Source: Octopus sinensis (Eukaryota). Taken from it: a stretch of DNA of 64,000 bases. Location of the stretch: positions 101,060,001 through 101,124,000 of the forward strand of contig NC_043005.1 of the NCBI RefSeq assembly GCF_006345805.1, given 5' to 3'. The notes beneath the pieces were generated by a model, which searched no databases, was not told the DNA's origin, and worked only from the letters and a program-made list of their open reading frames with translations. Below, piece after piece: positions 37,061-48,168 of this stretch. Made by a program: the position numbers and the translations under genes. The stretch's first letter is position 1. Every line of letters begins with the position of its first letter.

Positions 37061-37884
37061 GTATTTCTATATATATAAAACTGAGAATGTGTGTCTGTCT
37101 GTCTGTGTGTTTCCCTAAAACTTGAGAACTACACAACCAATTTCATTCAAATTTTACACATGCTTTACTTAAGGTGTGGGGAGTGTCATTGGCAAAAAAT
37201 ATCTTAACTTTTTCCCTAGGGCGACCCCACAGCAATATCATATCTTCTCCACTATTTCAGTATTACGTGTTAAAAGTGAAACAAAAACTCTCTTTTGTAA
37301 TGCAGACACTTTCATTTTAATACTGAAACTATTAAAGTGAAAGTATTATATAACAGGGATAAACCATTAACAAGTGGTCATCCATTTTGCTAGAAGAAGA
37401 TCCGCTATGGTCTTACATGCTACACCACTGGTTTTCAATTCATATTAATCAAATTAATATTCAATTTTTCACCCTTATTATGTGTGTGTGTGTATTTGTT
37501 TAGGTTATTGTTTAAAAATTAAATTGTGTCCCTGTTTGGGGAAATTGACAATATTTTCACCGTCTTTACGGAAGCATTTTTGTTAAAATGCCTTTGATAG
37601 AAGAAAGTCCAAAAATGAATTTCGCTGCAGCCGTACACTTCTATACAAGAGGGAGGACAAGATCCAATTGATCGAAATTGCAAGAGACGGGCCTACAATT
37701 CCAGTCAGTTATAGATTTTGAGTATTGTTATCACTATCGATATCAAGGTATAACTTTGTATTTTGTATTTTATGTGTAGATGTATATATATAGATGTACA
37801 TGTAATATGTACACATATATATACACATATATACATGCATAATATATCTACCCATACACACATACGCACACACACACACATACA

Positions 37885-38040
37885 TAGGGGCAGGTGTGGC
37901 TGTGTGGTAACAAACTACGTTCCAAACACATGGTCCTGGGTTCAGTCCCACTGTGTGGTGACTTGGCATGTGTCTTCTGCTGTAGCCTCAGACCAACAAA
38001 AGCCTTCTCAGTGGATATTTTACATATATACAGGCATACA
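37885..38040 (+). mobile_element. SINE family A 5' fragment nested inside the Helitron
   Basis: ggggcaggtgtggctgtgtggtaac...ggttcagtcccactg. Confidence 0.75.
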
Positions 38041-38099
38041 TACATATATATATACATGCATACGTACATATTCGGCATAAACACTCTACCACTACAACT

Positions 38100-40996
38100 A
38101 ATAACTGTTGGGAACACTTTCAAACCTGCCTTACATTCGAACCGGAATCTCAACGCCCGAGTTTTCCATCTGAAGTTAATCTCTCTCATGGAGCTCATAC
38201 AAAAAGGACAAGTCTTTGAGCCCATACAATGTGACATGTACACAATTGAGTGGCAAAAAAGGGGCCTTCCACATGCTCATATCCTGCTTTGGCTCTCAGC
38301 GAAGATCAATTCCAATGACATCGACAAGATAATCTCTGCAGAGCTTCGTGATCCAGCTTTAGACAAAGAACTATACAAAATAGTTAAAGCAAACATGGTA
38401 CATGGTCCATGTGGGCGTGGATTCAACATAAACACACCATGCTTAAAGGACAGCATATGTTCAAAAAGATTTCCAAGGAGGTTCCTACAAGAAACTCAGA
38501 CAGGTGCTGATGGGTGTCCATCAGAAAACCAGAAGATGGAGGTTTCACAGCAACTATCAGACAGCACAATATTGATAATAGATGGATTGTTCCATACTGC
38601 CCACTCCTGTCAAAGACTTGCAATGCCCACATCAACGTTTTGCAACTCCGTTAAATCCATCAAGTACGCTTGCAAATATGTAAACAAGGGCTCTGACGCT
38701 GCAATGTTTGGACTTCAACAAGAATACTGCCAGGATGAGGTGACGCATTATCAGGTGGGACGGTACATAAGTAGCACACTAGGATTTCTGGTGCATCTTT
38801 GGCTTTCCAATTCACCAACGACACCCCGCCATTCAACAGCTCGCAGTGCACCTGGAAAATGGTCAAAGAGTGTACTTCACCGATGCTAATGCTTCTCTGT
38901 TGGTAGAGGAACCAAGGGATAGGACACTCACTGCATTCTTCAAGCTTTGTCAAGTGGATCCATTCGCTCAAACCTTGCTGTATCCACAGATTCCATCGTA
39001 GTACACTTGGAATGGAAAAAAATGGGCCCCACAGAAAGCAGATCAAAATGTTCATAGATACCCTGGCATTAAGTTTCACACTTGCCTTGGGCGAGTATAG
39101 TGCATCCCACTCAACAAGAGTGCTTCTACCTTCGTCTACTACTGCATGAGGTCAGAGGGCCAACGTCTTTCCAGGCTCTAAAAGCCATTCATGGACATGT
39201 CTGCACAACATACAGAGAAGCCTGCTATCGACAAGGTCTGTTAGAAGATGGTGCACAATGGGATGCAACTTTAGAAGAGGCTGCTTTATCACAATCACCC
39301 AAAAGTCTCAGGGCACTATTTGCAGTATTACTACAGGCATGCGAACTGTGTGATCCGGCCACTCTATGGCTCAAATATAGAGACAACCTGGCTGAAGACT
39401 TTCCGTGCCAAGCTCAACTGCTCTATCCTGACATGGAGGGTACCAGCAATGAAATCTATAACAAAACACTCATTGACATTGAAGACAGAATTGCTAAACT
39501 GGGTGGAAATGAATTGTCGACGTATGGCCTGCCACAAGCATTCAGGTCAGGGTCAAATAGCCTTCCCACTGCTGTCATTCGTGAAACAACCTACGACACT
39601 CAAGCACTTTCAAAGTACATTGTTGAAAATGAGCCTAAATTACTTCCGGACCAGCTGCAGGCCTACAGAACTATTCTTAACAGTGTACGCCAACGCAAGG
39701 GACAAATCTTCTTCCTCAATGCTCCTGGAGGGACAGGAAAAACATTTATTACAAAGCTTCTCCTTGCAGAAGTTAGGCAGAATCAGGACATTGCAGTAGC
39801 TGTAGCCTCCTCTGGCATTGCAGCTACTTTGTTACCTGGTGCCAGGACAGCACACTTAACTTTTAAACTCCCTCTCAATTTAATAGCATCCGAAATTCAA
39901 CATCAACAAAAGCTCAGATCAGGGACAAGTACTTAAAATGTGTCATCTAATTGTCTGGGATGAGTGCACTATGGCTCACAAGGGAGCTTTGGAAGAATTA
40001 GATAGAGCCCTGAAAGACATCCGAGACTGTCAGGCTGCAATGGGAGGTGTAACTCTTCTGTTGTCAGGTGATTTCAGGCAAAATCTTCCTGTCATTCCAA
40101 AAGGCACCAGAGCCGATGAAGTCCAAGCATGCCTAAAGTCCTCTACCCTGTAGCATCATGTTACAATCCTCAGTCTCACCACTAACATGAGAGCTCAGCT
40201 ACACGGCGACAAAATGTCCACAAAGTTTGCACAGGACATTTTGACACTTGGTGGAGGCAAGATGCCTCTCGATGCTGCAGGACAAATGGAAGTGTGGTCA
40301 TTTTCCTCTGTTGTTAATTCTGTAGATGACCTCAAAAACAAAGTCTTTCCCAACTTCACACAAAACTACCAAAATCACAATTGGCTGTGTGAAAGAGCAA
40401 TATTAGCTCCAAAAAACGTCGCTGTTAACAAAATTAATCAACAGCTAATGCATTCTCTTCCCGGCACTATACACACTTACAAATCTGTTGATACAATTCC
40501 AGATATAAATGAAGTTGTGAACTATCCTCCTGAATTTCTCAATTCACTGGATCCTCCTCGACTACTTCCACACATATTAGCACTTAAAGTTGGAACTCCT
40601 ATAATGCTACTCCGCAATCTGGAACCACCAAGACTTTGCAATGGAACACAACTGGTGATAAAGAAAATGATGTCACACGTTATCGAGGCGATCATTCTTT
40701 CTGGATGTGGAAAAGGTTATGGCGTCTTTATTCCAAGAATTCCTCTTACTCCATCAGGAGCAGAAATTCCATTTACATTCAGAAGACTGCAATTCCCCCT
40801 TCGTGTCAGCTTTGCCATGTCCATTAACAAATCTCAGGGTCAAGCCCTCTCTGTAGCTGGTCTTCTCTTGGAAGAGCCCTGCTTCTTATATGGGCAACTG
40901 TATGTTGGCTGCTCAAGAGTAGGAAGCAAAAGAAACCTTTTTGTATATGCTCCACAAGGAAAAACAAGGAACATTGTTTACAACGAGGTGTTATAA
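38100..40996 (+). pseudogene. Helitron Rep (HUH) - PIF1 helicase, frameshifted
   Basis: EWQKRGLPHAHILL, MVHGPCG, KYACKYVNKG; APGGTGKTF, VASSGIAA, LIVWDECTM, LSGDFRQ, RLCNGT, FAMSINKSQGQ. Confidence 0.92.
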
Positions 40997-41198
40997 TCTC
41001 AACAGCCAGGAGGTGTATACATGACCCCTTTTTTTAACAAACTTTATGTACTTTCATGTATTTATATTAATATACATATATATGTGTGTGTGTGTGTTGT
41101 GTGTGTGTGTGTGTGTGTGTGTGTCCATATATATATATAACAGAAAAGTCTAATTCTTCAATTGAATGTAACCGGGCAACGCCGGATATCTCTGCTAG

Positions 41199-41443
41199 TA
41201 TATATATATATATATATGTGTGTGTCTTTGTGTGTCTGTGTTTACCCCCCCCCCCCACACACACACACTTCACTTGACAACCGACGCTGGTGTGTTTACG
41301 TCCTCTAACTTAGCGGTTCGGCAAAAGAGACCGATAGAATAAGTACTAGGCTTACAAAGAATAATTCCTGGGGTGGATTTGCTCAACTGAAGGCGGTGCT
41401 CCAGCATGGCCACAGTCAAATGACTGAAACGAGTAAAAGAGTA
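41199..41443 (+). mobile_element. SINE family A 3' half, resuming after the Helitron
   Basis: TA/TG microsatellite, then cttgacaaccgacgctggtg...gactgaaacgagtaaaagag. Confidence 0.85.
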
Positions 41444-41698
41444 ATAGCACCAATGCATGTATAACCCACTGCAACAGAATGCAATGCACGCAGCCAACTC
41501 TGTTTCAAAATAATATTGACACTCAATTTTTATACAACAAAATATTTGACAAAATGACGGTGTGTGTCATATTAACACTTTTCATGTTTCGTTCATTGTG
41601 TGCAAATAGAGGACCTTGAATGCTGATGGTTTGGAGAATATAAAAAGATCTTTCAATACTTTACACACTTTTTGAAGTTTATCACTGGTATGTATGTA

Positions 41699-42078
41699 CA
41701 CTACCGTCAGAAATTAATTAGCACCCTTGATTTGCTCTTCACTCAAGGTATGTGCTGTCACCTAGTGGCCATATCTCGAACTATTGCTTTGTTGCGAGTT
41801 CACTGTTGCGCAGAACGATGACGTAACTTTGTTTGCAGAGCGGTTTGACAGTCTACAGCCTTATGATGTTGACATAGCAGTGCAACAACAACTTGGAGTG
41901 CAGATGCAGACAAATCTTCCTTTGTTTAATAGATATAGGTAGCGCCTCGCAAGGACCGAAATCACACCATACTAAGTTTTCTCATCGCGTAAGACGTTTT
42001 GAACAGCTCATAGGTTAATTGATTTAACCTATTTAATGTAGAAATTTGAGAAGTGCTAATTAATTTCTGACGCAAGTG
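41699..42078. mobile_element. Tc1/mariner-type MITE, 380 bp, TA-flanked
   Basis: 26 bp TIRs CACTACCGTCAGAAATTAATTAGCAC / CACTTGCGTCAGAAATTAATTAGCAC (2 mismatches), TA on both sides. Confidence 0.85.
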
Positions 42079-42110
42079 TATGTATGTATGTATGTATGTA
42101 TGTATGTATG

Positions 42111-42186
<76 letters not shown>

Positions 42187-42197
42187 ATGTGTATATG

Positions 42198-42249
<52 letters not shown>

Positions 42250-42259
42250 TATATATATA

Positions 42260-42786
42260 TAAACAAGTCAAATTGCGATAAAATAAAAATAATTATTATC
42301 GCTGGTATTTCTAGCACAAGCCATATATTTTTCATATATCAGTACATTAAGGCGAAATTTGTGCTAGGAACACAGAAGCTAGATAAATTTAGTGAAATGA
42401 AGATAAAAACATTTACTAACTTGGTTCCTCTTAGACTGCAGTTTCTTTCTTTTCACCAATAAAGATAATTTATTTGCTCAGGGAGAATTCATCGGTAAGA
42501 GCCCTGTTGTTCTGAGATCCTAACTCACTAGAAGCATGTGCTTCTAATGATTTACTCTCTCTAACTAATCAGATCACTGCGCAGACTCCGAACGTCCCGA
42601 CAAAACTAGGGATTTCTGGTATATCGTCTAGCGCTCAAAACTTATCGAGAAATATGTAAACAAGTCAAATTGCGATAAAATAAAAATAATTATTATCGCT
42701 GGTATTTCTAGCACAAGCCATATATTTTTCATATATCAGTACATTAAGGCGAAATTTGTGCTAGGAACACAGAAGCTAGATAAATT
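42260..42786. repeat. Unclassified element: identical 130 bp direct repeats with 397 bp period
   Basis: 42260-42389 equals 42657-42786; flanked by TA microsatellite. Confidence 0.85.
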
Positions 42787-42790
42787 AGAT

Positions 42791-42834
<44 letters not shown>

Positions 42835-42837
<3 letters not shown>

Positions 42838-43039
42838 TGGAGTAAGCACATAAATGTAAAACAAGGAGGAAAAAAGAGTACTCAAATACCAGAGGTAGAG
42901 TAATATGCTTTATTTAAAAGCAGCATAAATATAACAAAAGCTGTTACTCAGAGTTTCATGTTCCCGTTCGACAAACGGGAATATGAAACTCTGAGTAACA
43001 GCTTTTGTTATATTTATGCTGCTTTTAAATAAAGTATAT
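42835..43039. mobile_element. Penelope-type foldback, same family as 28320, hammerhead core truncated
   Basis: Arms 42903-42968 and 42974-43039 around a 5 nt loop. Confidence 0.8.
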
Positions 43040-43124
43040 ATAGAAATATATTTTGATAGAAATGGTAAGACAACAAATGAAAGAAAGAGACCTTGATATT
43101 ATGTAAATAGAGGAATTTATCTGT

Positions 43125-43300
43125 AAATGTAATATGTGACAATTATTCGGTAGCCATGATAAAACTCCGAGTTTCGGATGTCTGGGTGGAAATCCACACT
43201 GCCATCTCTTCAGTTATCCGTCCATCGGGGAAAAAAAAAAGGATAACTGAAGCAATGGAGTTTTATCATGGCTGCCGAATAATTGTCACATATTACATTT
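43125..43300. mobile_element. Penelope-type foldback mini-element of a third family
   Basis: Arms 43125-43168 / 43257-43300 plus 43208-43219 / 43241-43252. Confidence 0.8.
43158..43218 (-). ncRNA. Type I hammerhead ribozyme fold (predicted)
   Basis: GAUAA-CUGAAGA-[GAUG...CAUCC]-GAAA-CUCGGAGU-U/UUAUC: stem I 5 bp, stem III ACU/AGU, GUU site; stem II register imperfect. Confidence 0.6.
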
Positions 43301-43404
43301 ATATATATATATATATATATATATATCACACAACTTGAAGTTTTGTAGGCTCATCAAATGATCTTGACTGCTCAGGCTCACAGATATATACATACATGTA
43401 TATT

Positions 43405-43570
43405 TGGTGTGTCTCTGTGGTAAGAAACTTGCTTCCCAACCACATGGTTCCAGGTTCAGTCCCACTGTGTGGCACTTTGGGCAAGTGTCTTCTACTATAG
43501 CCTCAGGCCTACCAAAGCCTTGTGAGTGCATTTGGTGGGCGGAAACTGAAAGAAGCCTGTCGTATATAAA
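43405..43570 (+). mobile_element. SINE family A 5' half
   Basis: ctgtggtaagaaacttgcttccc...gaaagaagcctgtcgtata. Confidence 0.8.
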
Positions 43571-43673
43571 TATATGTAATATATAATATATATATATATA
43601 TGGGCAAAGTAAAAAGAAAAACGAAAAAATGTACATTGGATATAAACAATAATGGCTTTTTTTATGAAAATTT

Positions 43674-43892
43674 ATGATAAATATATACTAATTGATGAAC
43701 TGATGTAGAATTAAGAGGAATAAAAGTCATTATTTTGAATTGTTGAAGAGATTCAAAGTCATACCAGCTTTGAAAGCCAGTGAACAGCTTTTGACGATAC
43801 CAGTATGATTTTGAATCTCTTTAACAATTCAAAATAATGACTTTATACCTCTTAATACTACCTCAGTTCATCTATCTGTATATATTTATCAT
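43674..43892. repeat. Foldback element with about 90 bp arms
   Basis: 43674-43764 mirrors 43802-43892. Confidence 0.85.
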
Positions 43893-44283
43893 CACATTAA
43901 AGAAGCCTTTAGTTTTTAAATTCAGTGTACATTTCCTCTTTTTTCTTTTTGCATATTTATACCACGTGTAATCTCTTTTCTCTTTGAAATCTATTTCTAT
44001 TTATATATAAGTATATGTATGTATGCGTATATCTGTGTGCGTGTGTGTCTTTATGCCTATGTTTGTGCCCCCATCACTACTGTAACATTACAGTTAACAA
44101 AACAGACCAATAGAATAACTAGGCTTGCAAAGAATAAGTTCTGGGGGCGATTTGTTCGGCTAAAACCCTTCAAAGCAGTGCTCCAGTGTGGCCGCCGTCA
44201 AAATAATGAAAGAATACATATATAAATATGCTTGCGTGTGTGTAAGAGAGAGAATAATATATATATACATGTGTATGTGTTTG

Positions 44284-44315
<32 letters not shown>

Positions 44316-44455
44316 TATATTTATATGTATATGTATATTTATATATCATAGCACTCTGTCGGTTATGACGATGAGGGTTCCTGTTGATCCGATCAACAGA
44401 CAGCCTGCTCGTGAAATTAATGTGTAAGTAGCGGAGCACTCCACAGACACACAAA

Positions 44456-44900
44456 TATCATCATCATCATCATCGTTTAACGTCCGCTTTCCATGCTAGC
44501 ATGGGTTGGATGATTTTGACTGAGGGCTGGTGAACCAGATGGCGGCACCAGGCTCCAATCTTGATCTGGCAGAGTTTCTACAGCTGGATGCCCTTCCTAA
44601 TGCCAACCACTCCGAGATTTTAGAGGGTGCTTTGTACGTGCCACCGGCATGATGGCCAGTCAGGCAGTACAGGCAATGACCTCGTTCAAATCTTTTTACA
44701 TGTGCCACCGGCACAGGTGCCAGTGAAGCGACGTTGGTAACGATCATGCTCGAATGGTGCCCTTTTACGTGCCACGGGTATGGAAGCCAGTAGGCTGCTC
44801 TGGCAACGATCACGCTTGGATGGTGCTCTTGGCACCCTACTAGCACAGGTACAAGTGCCAGTAAGGTGACGCTGGTAATGATCATACTCGAATGGTGCCC
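44456..44900 (-). mobile_element. RTE-tailed family C element with about 4 diverged minisatellite units
   Basis: (CAT)n, ggatgcccttcctaatgccaacc, repeated gtgccaccggca / cgatcacgct..atggtgc. Confidence 0.85.
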
Positions 44901-45059
44901 ATATATATATATATTTGCTATGGTACTTGAACTGCTAACCTTAAAGAAAGCCTAAATTTGCTTTAGTACAGAGTACTGTAATTTAGGGTGAACATGCAAC
45001 ATGAGTAATTCACAATGTGAATAAACAAAACAAACAAAAAACAATATGGCCCTTTTATG

Positions 45060-45445
45060 CTTTCACTCTTTCACTTGTTTCAGTCATTTGACTGTGGCCA
45101 TGCTGGAGCACCACCTTTAGTCAAATCAAATCGACCCCAGGACTTATTCTTTGTAAGCCTAGTACTTATTCTATCGGACTCTTTTGCCGAACCGCTTAGT
45201 TACGAGGACGTAAACACACCAACGTCAGTTGTCAAGCGATGTTGGGGGGACAAACACGCAAACATATATATATACATATATACGATGGGCTTCTTTTAGT
45301 TTCCATCTACCAAATCCACTCACAAGGCTTTGGTCGGCCCAAGGCTATAGTAGAAGACACTTACCAAGGTGCCACACAGTGGGACTGAACCGGGAACCAT
45401 GTGGTTCATAAGCAAGCTACTTACCACACACCCACTCCTACGCCT
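45060..45445 (-). mobile_element. SINE family A, full length
   Basis: Complete head, core and tail. Confidence 0.88.
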
Positions 45446-45499
45446 ATATCAATTATTGTTTTTTCTGTTAAAATATTCAACTAATCAATTAATTATTAA

Positions 45500-45721
45500 C
45501 CCATTCGATACCACCTCTGCCTGAAACCATCTCTGGCTCTGTAGAACAAATGTCTTGTTTTCAAAAGTTCTGAATTAAAATCTTCCACCAAACCTTAGTC
45601 ACAATTTTATGTTCCTAACACTAGCTTAATGATAACTAAGTTATTTCACTAAATTCTTTGTTATATTTAAAACTAATCAAAAGAAACACAGCATCTCAAC
45701 AGAAATATGGTATCAAAAGGG
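45500..45721. mobile_element. TTAA-flanked MITE (piggyBac-type)
   Basis: TTAA-CCCATTCGATACC ... GGTATCAAAAGGG-TTAA. Confidence 0.85.
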
Positions 45722-47639
45722 TTAATCAAAGAATATTTTATCAACAACTTACTAATGAAAAGTAACATGAAACCAAAGGAACGGTAGAAAATGCAGTATT
45801 TTCTATTTTAAACTTTAGTCTTAAATTGAAATTGTGTCAGAGTTATGCTTGTGTTTTTCTTCTATAGACAACAGATACCAGTAATATACTGGTCTGTAAA
45901 CGACCTTCATCACTAACGAAATAAATGACCTTGAGTCTAATGAAAATATTTACTGCAAAGAATGAAGTTCTCAAACGTCTGAAAGATTTATTAATTACGT
46001 TATAAATTCCAAGAGAAACAGACACCTTAGCTACCATTTTGGCTTTAATGTTGTAAAGTGCCACAGTTTTCAGAAGTTTTAGCAAAGTTCAACTTAACAG
46101 AAGTCAAACAAAAAATTTCACACACACACACACACATGAGCACACACGATCACATTTTTAAAAATTATTCTTTGAAAGGTTTTATATCAACAGTTATTCT
46201 CATTAAATTAGAAATTTATTAATACTTCAAGAGAAATCAGAAGGTGGTAATGAGGGATGGAGGAAGGAAGGGGAGAGGAGAGACAAAACGGACTTGGAAG
46301 AAACAATGCTTTTGATATTTCTTTAAGAAACTAGATATCTGATTATTTTTTAATATTTTTTATGACTACATATTATTTCAGGAACTAACGCCTGATTTCA
46401 CTGTTCAATCAAAATAGTTTTCTGTACTTTAGGCGATGAGAAGAATATGGCATGAAAATCATAAAAGGAATGATTATTGGTATAAATGACCATAAAGCCA
46501 AAAGACATTGATGAAGATATTCAAGAGATGAAGAAAGAGTGAGAGGAGTAGATATTTTGGAAATGACGTACAAAAGACACAGAAATTATGATTGATTTTT
46601 ATGGAGGGTAGGTGGCTGTTGACTGCTTTTTCTTTATTTTTATATAGGACAAAAATATTCTTGCTGAAAGATCGATAATGTTTTGAAATGTACTGGAATG
46701 ACCAATTGAAAGAAGGAGAAATGCAGAAGACGGATATAAAGAGATGGAGATGAGAGAAAATAGAAAAGAAAGAGGAGAAATGGAAAAAGATGCAAAGCTC
46801 TTTGAAGATGACAAGAGAGAGACACCTGTCAAACATGAGACAACTAATATTAACTGTTCAACTTTAAAATATCAGTGAAAATAATCAAATATTCATCTGG
46901 GAATTTTGTGAGAGTTGTGTTGTGTGGAAAGACAATTGTGGACTCAAATATTATGTGTGTGTGTGTGTGTGCGTCAATAAATATGTAAAGAAGGGGTTAT
47001 AGAAGCATATTATGCTCATATATAATATAGACATGTTATGTTCATACTTGGTATAGACATCTCCAAATGCATATGTCTGTTGCCATGTGGATTATTGCCA
47101 TGCACAGATCTACTTTTAAGTGTGCAGTATGCTGCAACATGCATGTTGTGAAAGTAGGCTTATGGATAGGTCAAGGGGATTTATTTGATATGGTTGACTG
47201 CCCATAAGAAGCAAAAGGAATGCAATGTTCCATAGGTTCTTGGTTCAAAACCATTTTCATTTGTAAACATCTCTGGGAAGGACATAAACACCACAACAGT
47301 ACTTTGGTTGTTGTTGCCTTTTTAATTTTTTTGGTTCGGTTGGGGAGTTGGGGTGTTGTCAAGCATGACCACAGCCATGATGTCTGTTATGATCTTAAGA
47401 ACCAAAAGAACCTAACAGACATTTTGAAAATTCTATCTGCAGCAGAATAGCCGAAATATGTTAGACTTATCTAAAACTTAGCATGTATCAGATGTCTAAA
47501 TTCTAATGAATTCAAAATATAAAAACATGGTAGAGTGTGTGTGTGTGTGTAAGCTAATGGACTGATACTTAGTTAAACAAATAGATAAACATATCTGAAG
47601 TATATATTCATTTTGACTGCACCCTAATATACACACACA

Positions 47640-47646
47640 CACCATA

Positions 47647-47687
<41 letters not shown>

Positions 47688-48168
47688 ACATACATACATA
47701 TATATATACATATATATATACATATACATACATATATATACATTATATATATACATACATATATAATATACATACATATATACATATATACATCATATAT
47801 ATATATAATAACATATATACATATAATATACATACATATATACATATACATATATATATACATACATATATACATATACATAATATATACATATATCATA
47901 CATATACATATACATATATATATACATACATATATATATTATACTATACATATATATATATACATACACAATATATATACATACATATATATATATACAT
48001 ACACATATATATACATACATATATATATACATACACATAATATATATACATACCATATATATATATATATATATATACATACATATATATACATATATAT
48101 ATACATACATATATATATATATGTGGTGTGTGTTATATATATATATTATATATATATGTATATATATA
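47640..48168. repeat. Long (TA)/(CA) compound microsatellite
   Basis: Direct reading. Confidence 0.95.

Larger units (their letters stand above)
37066..41198 (+). mobile_element. Helitron, decayed autonomous type
   Basis: 5' TCtatatatataaaactgagaatgtgtgtctgtctg; 3' ccgg-gcaacg-ccgg hairpin (41172-85) and CTAG|T; Rep-helicase inside. Confidence 0.9.

Noticed and set aside
37894-38100. N-terminus of the 331 aa ORF as part of Rep
   Set aside because: Derived from a nested SINE and microsatellite
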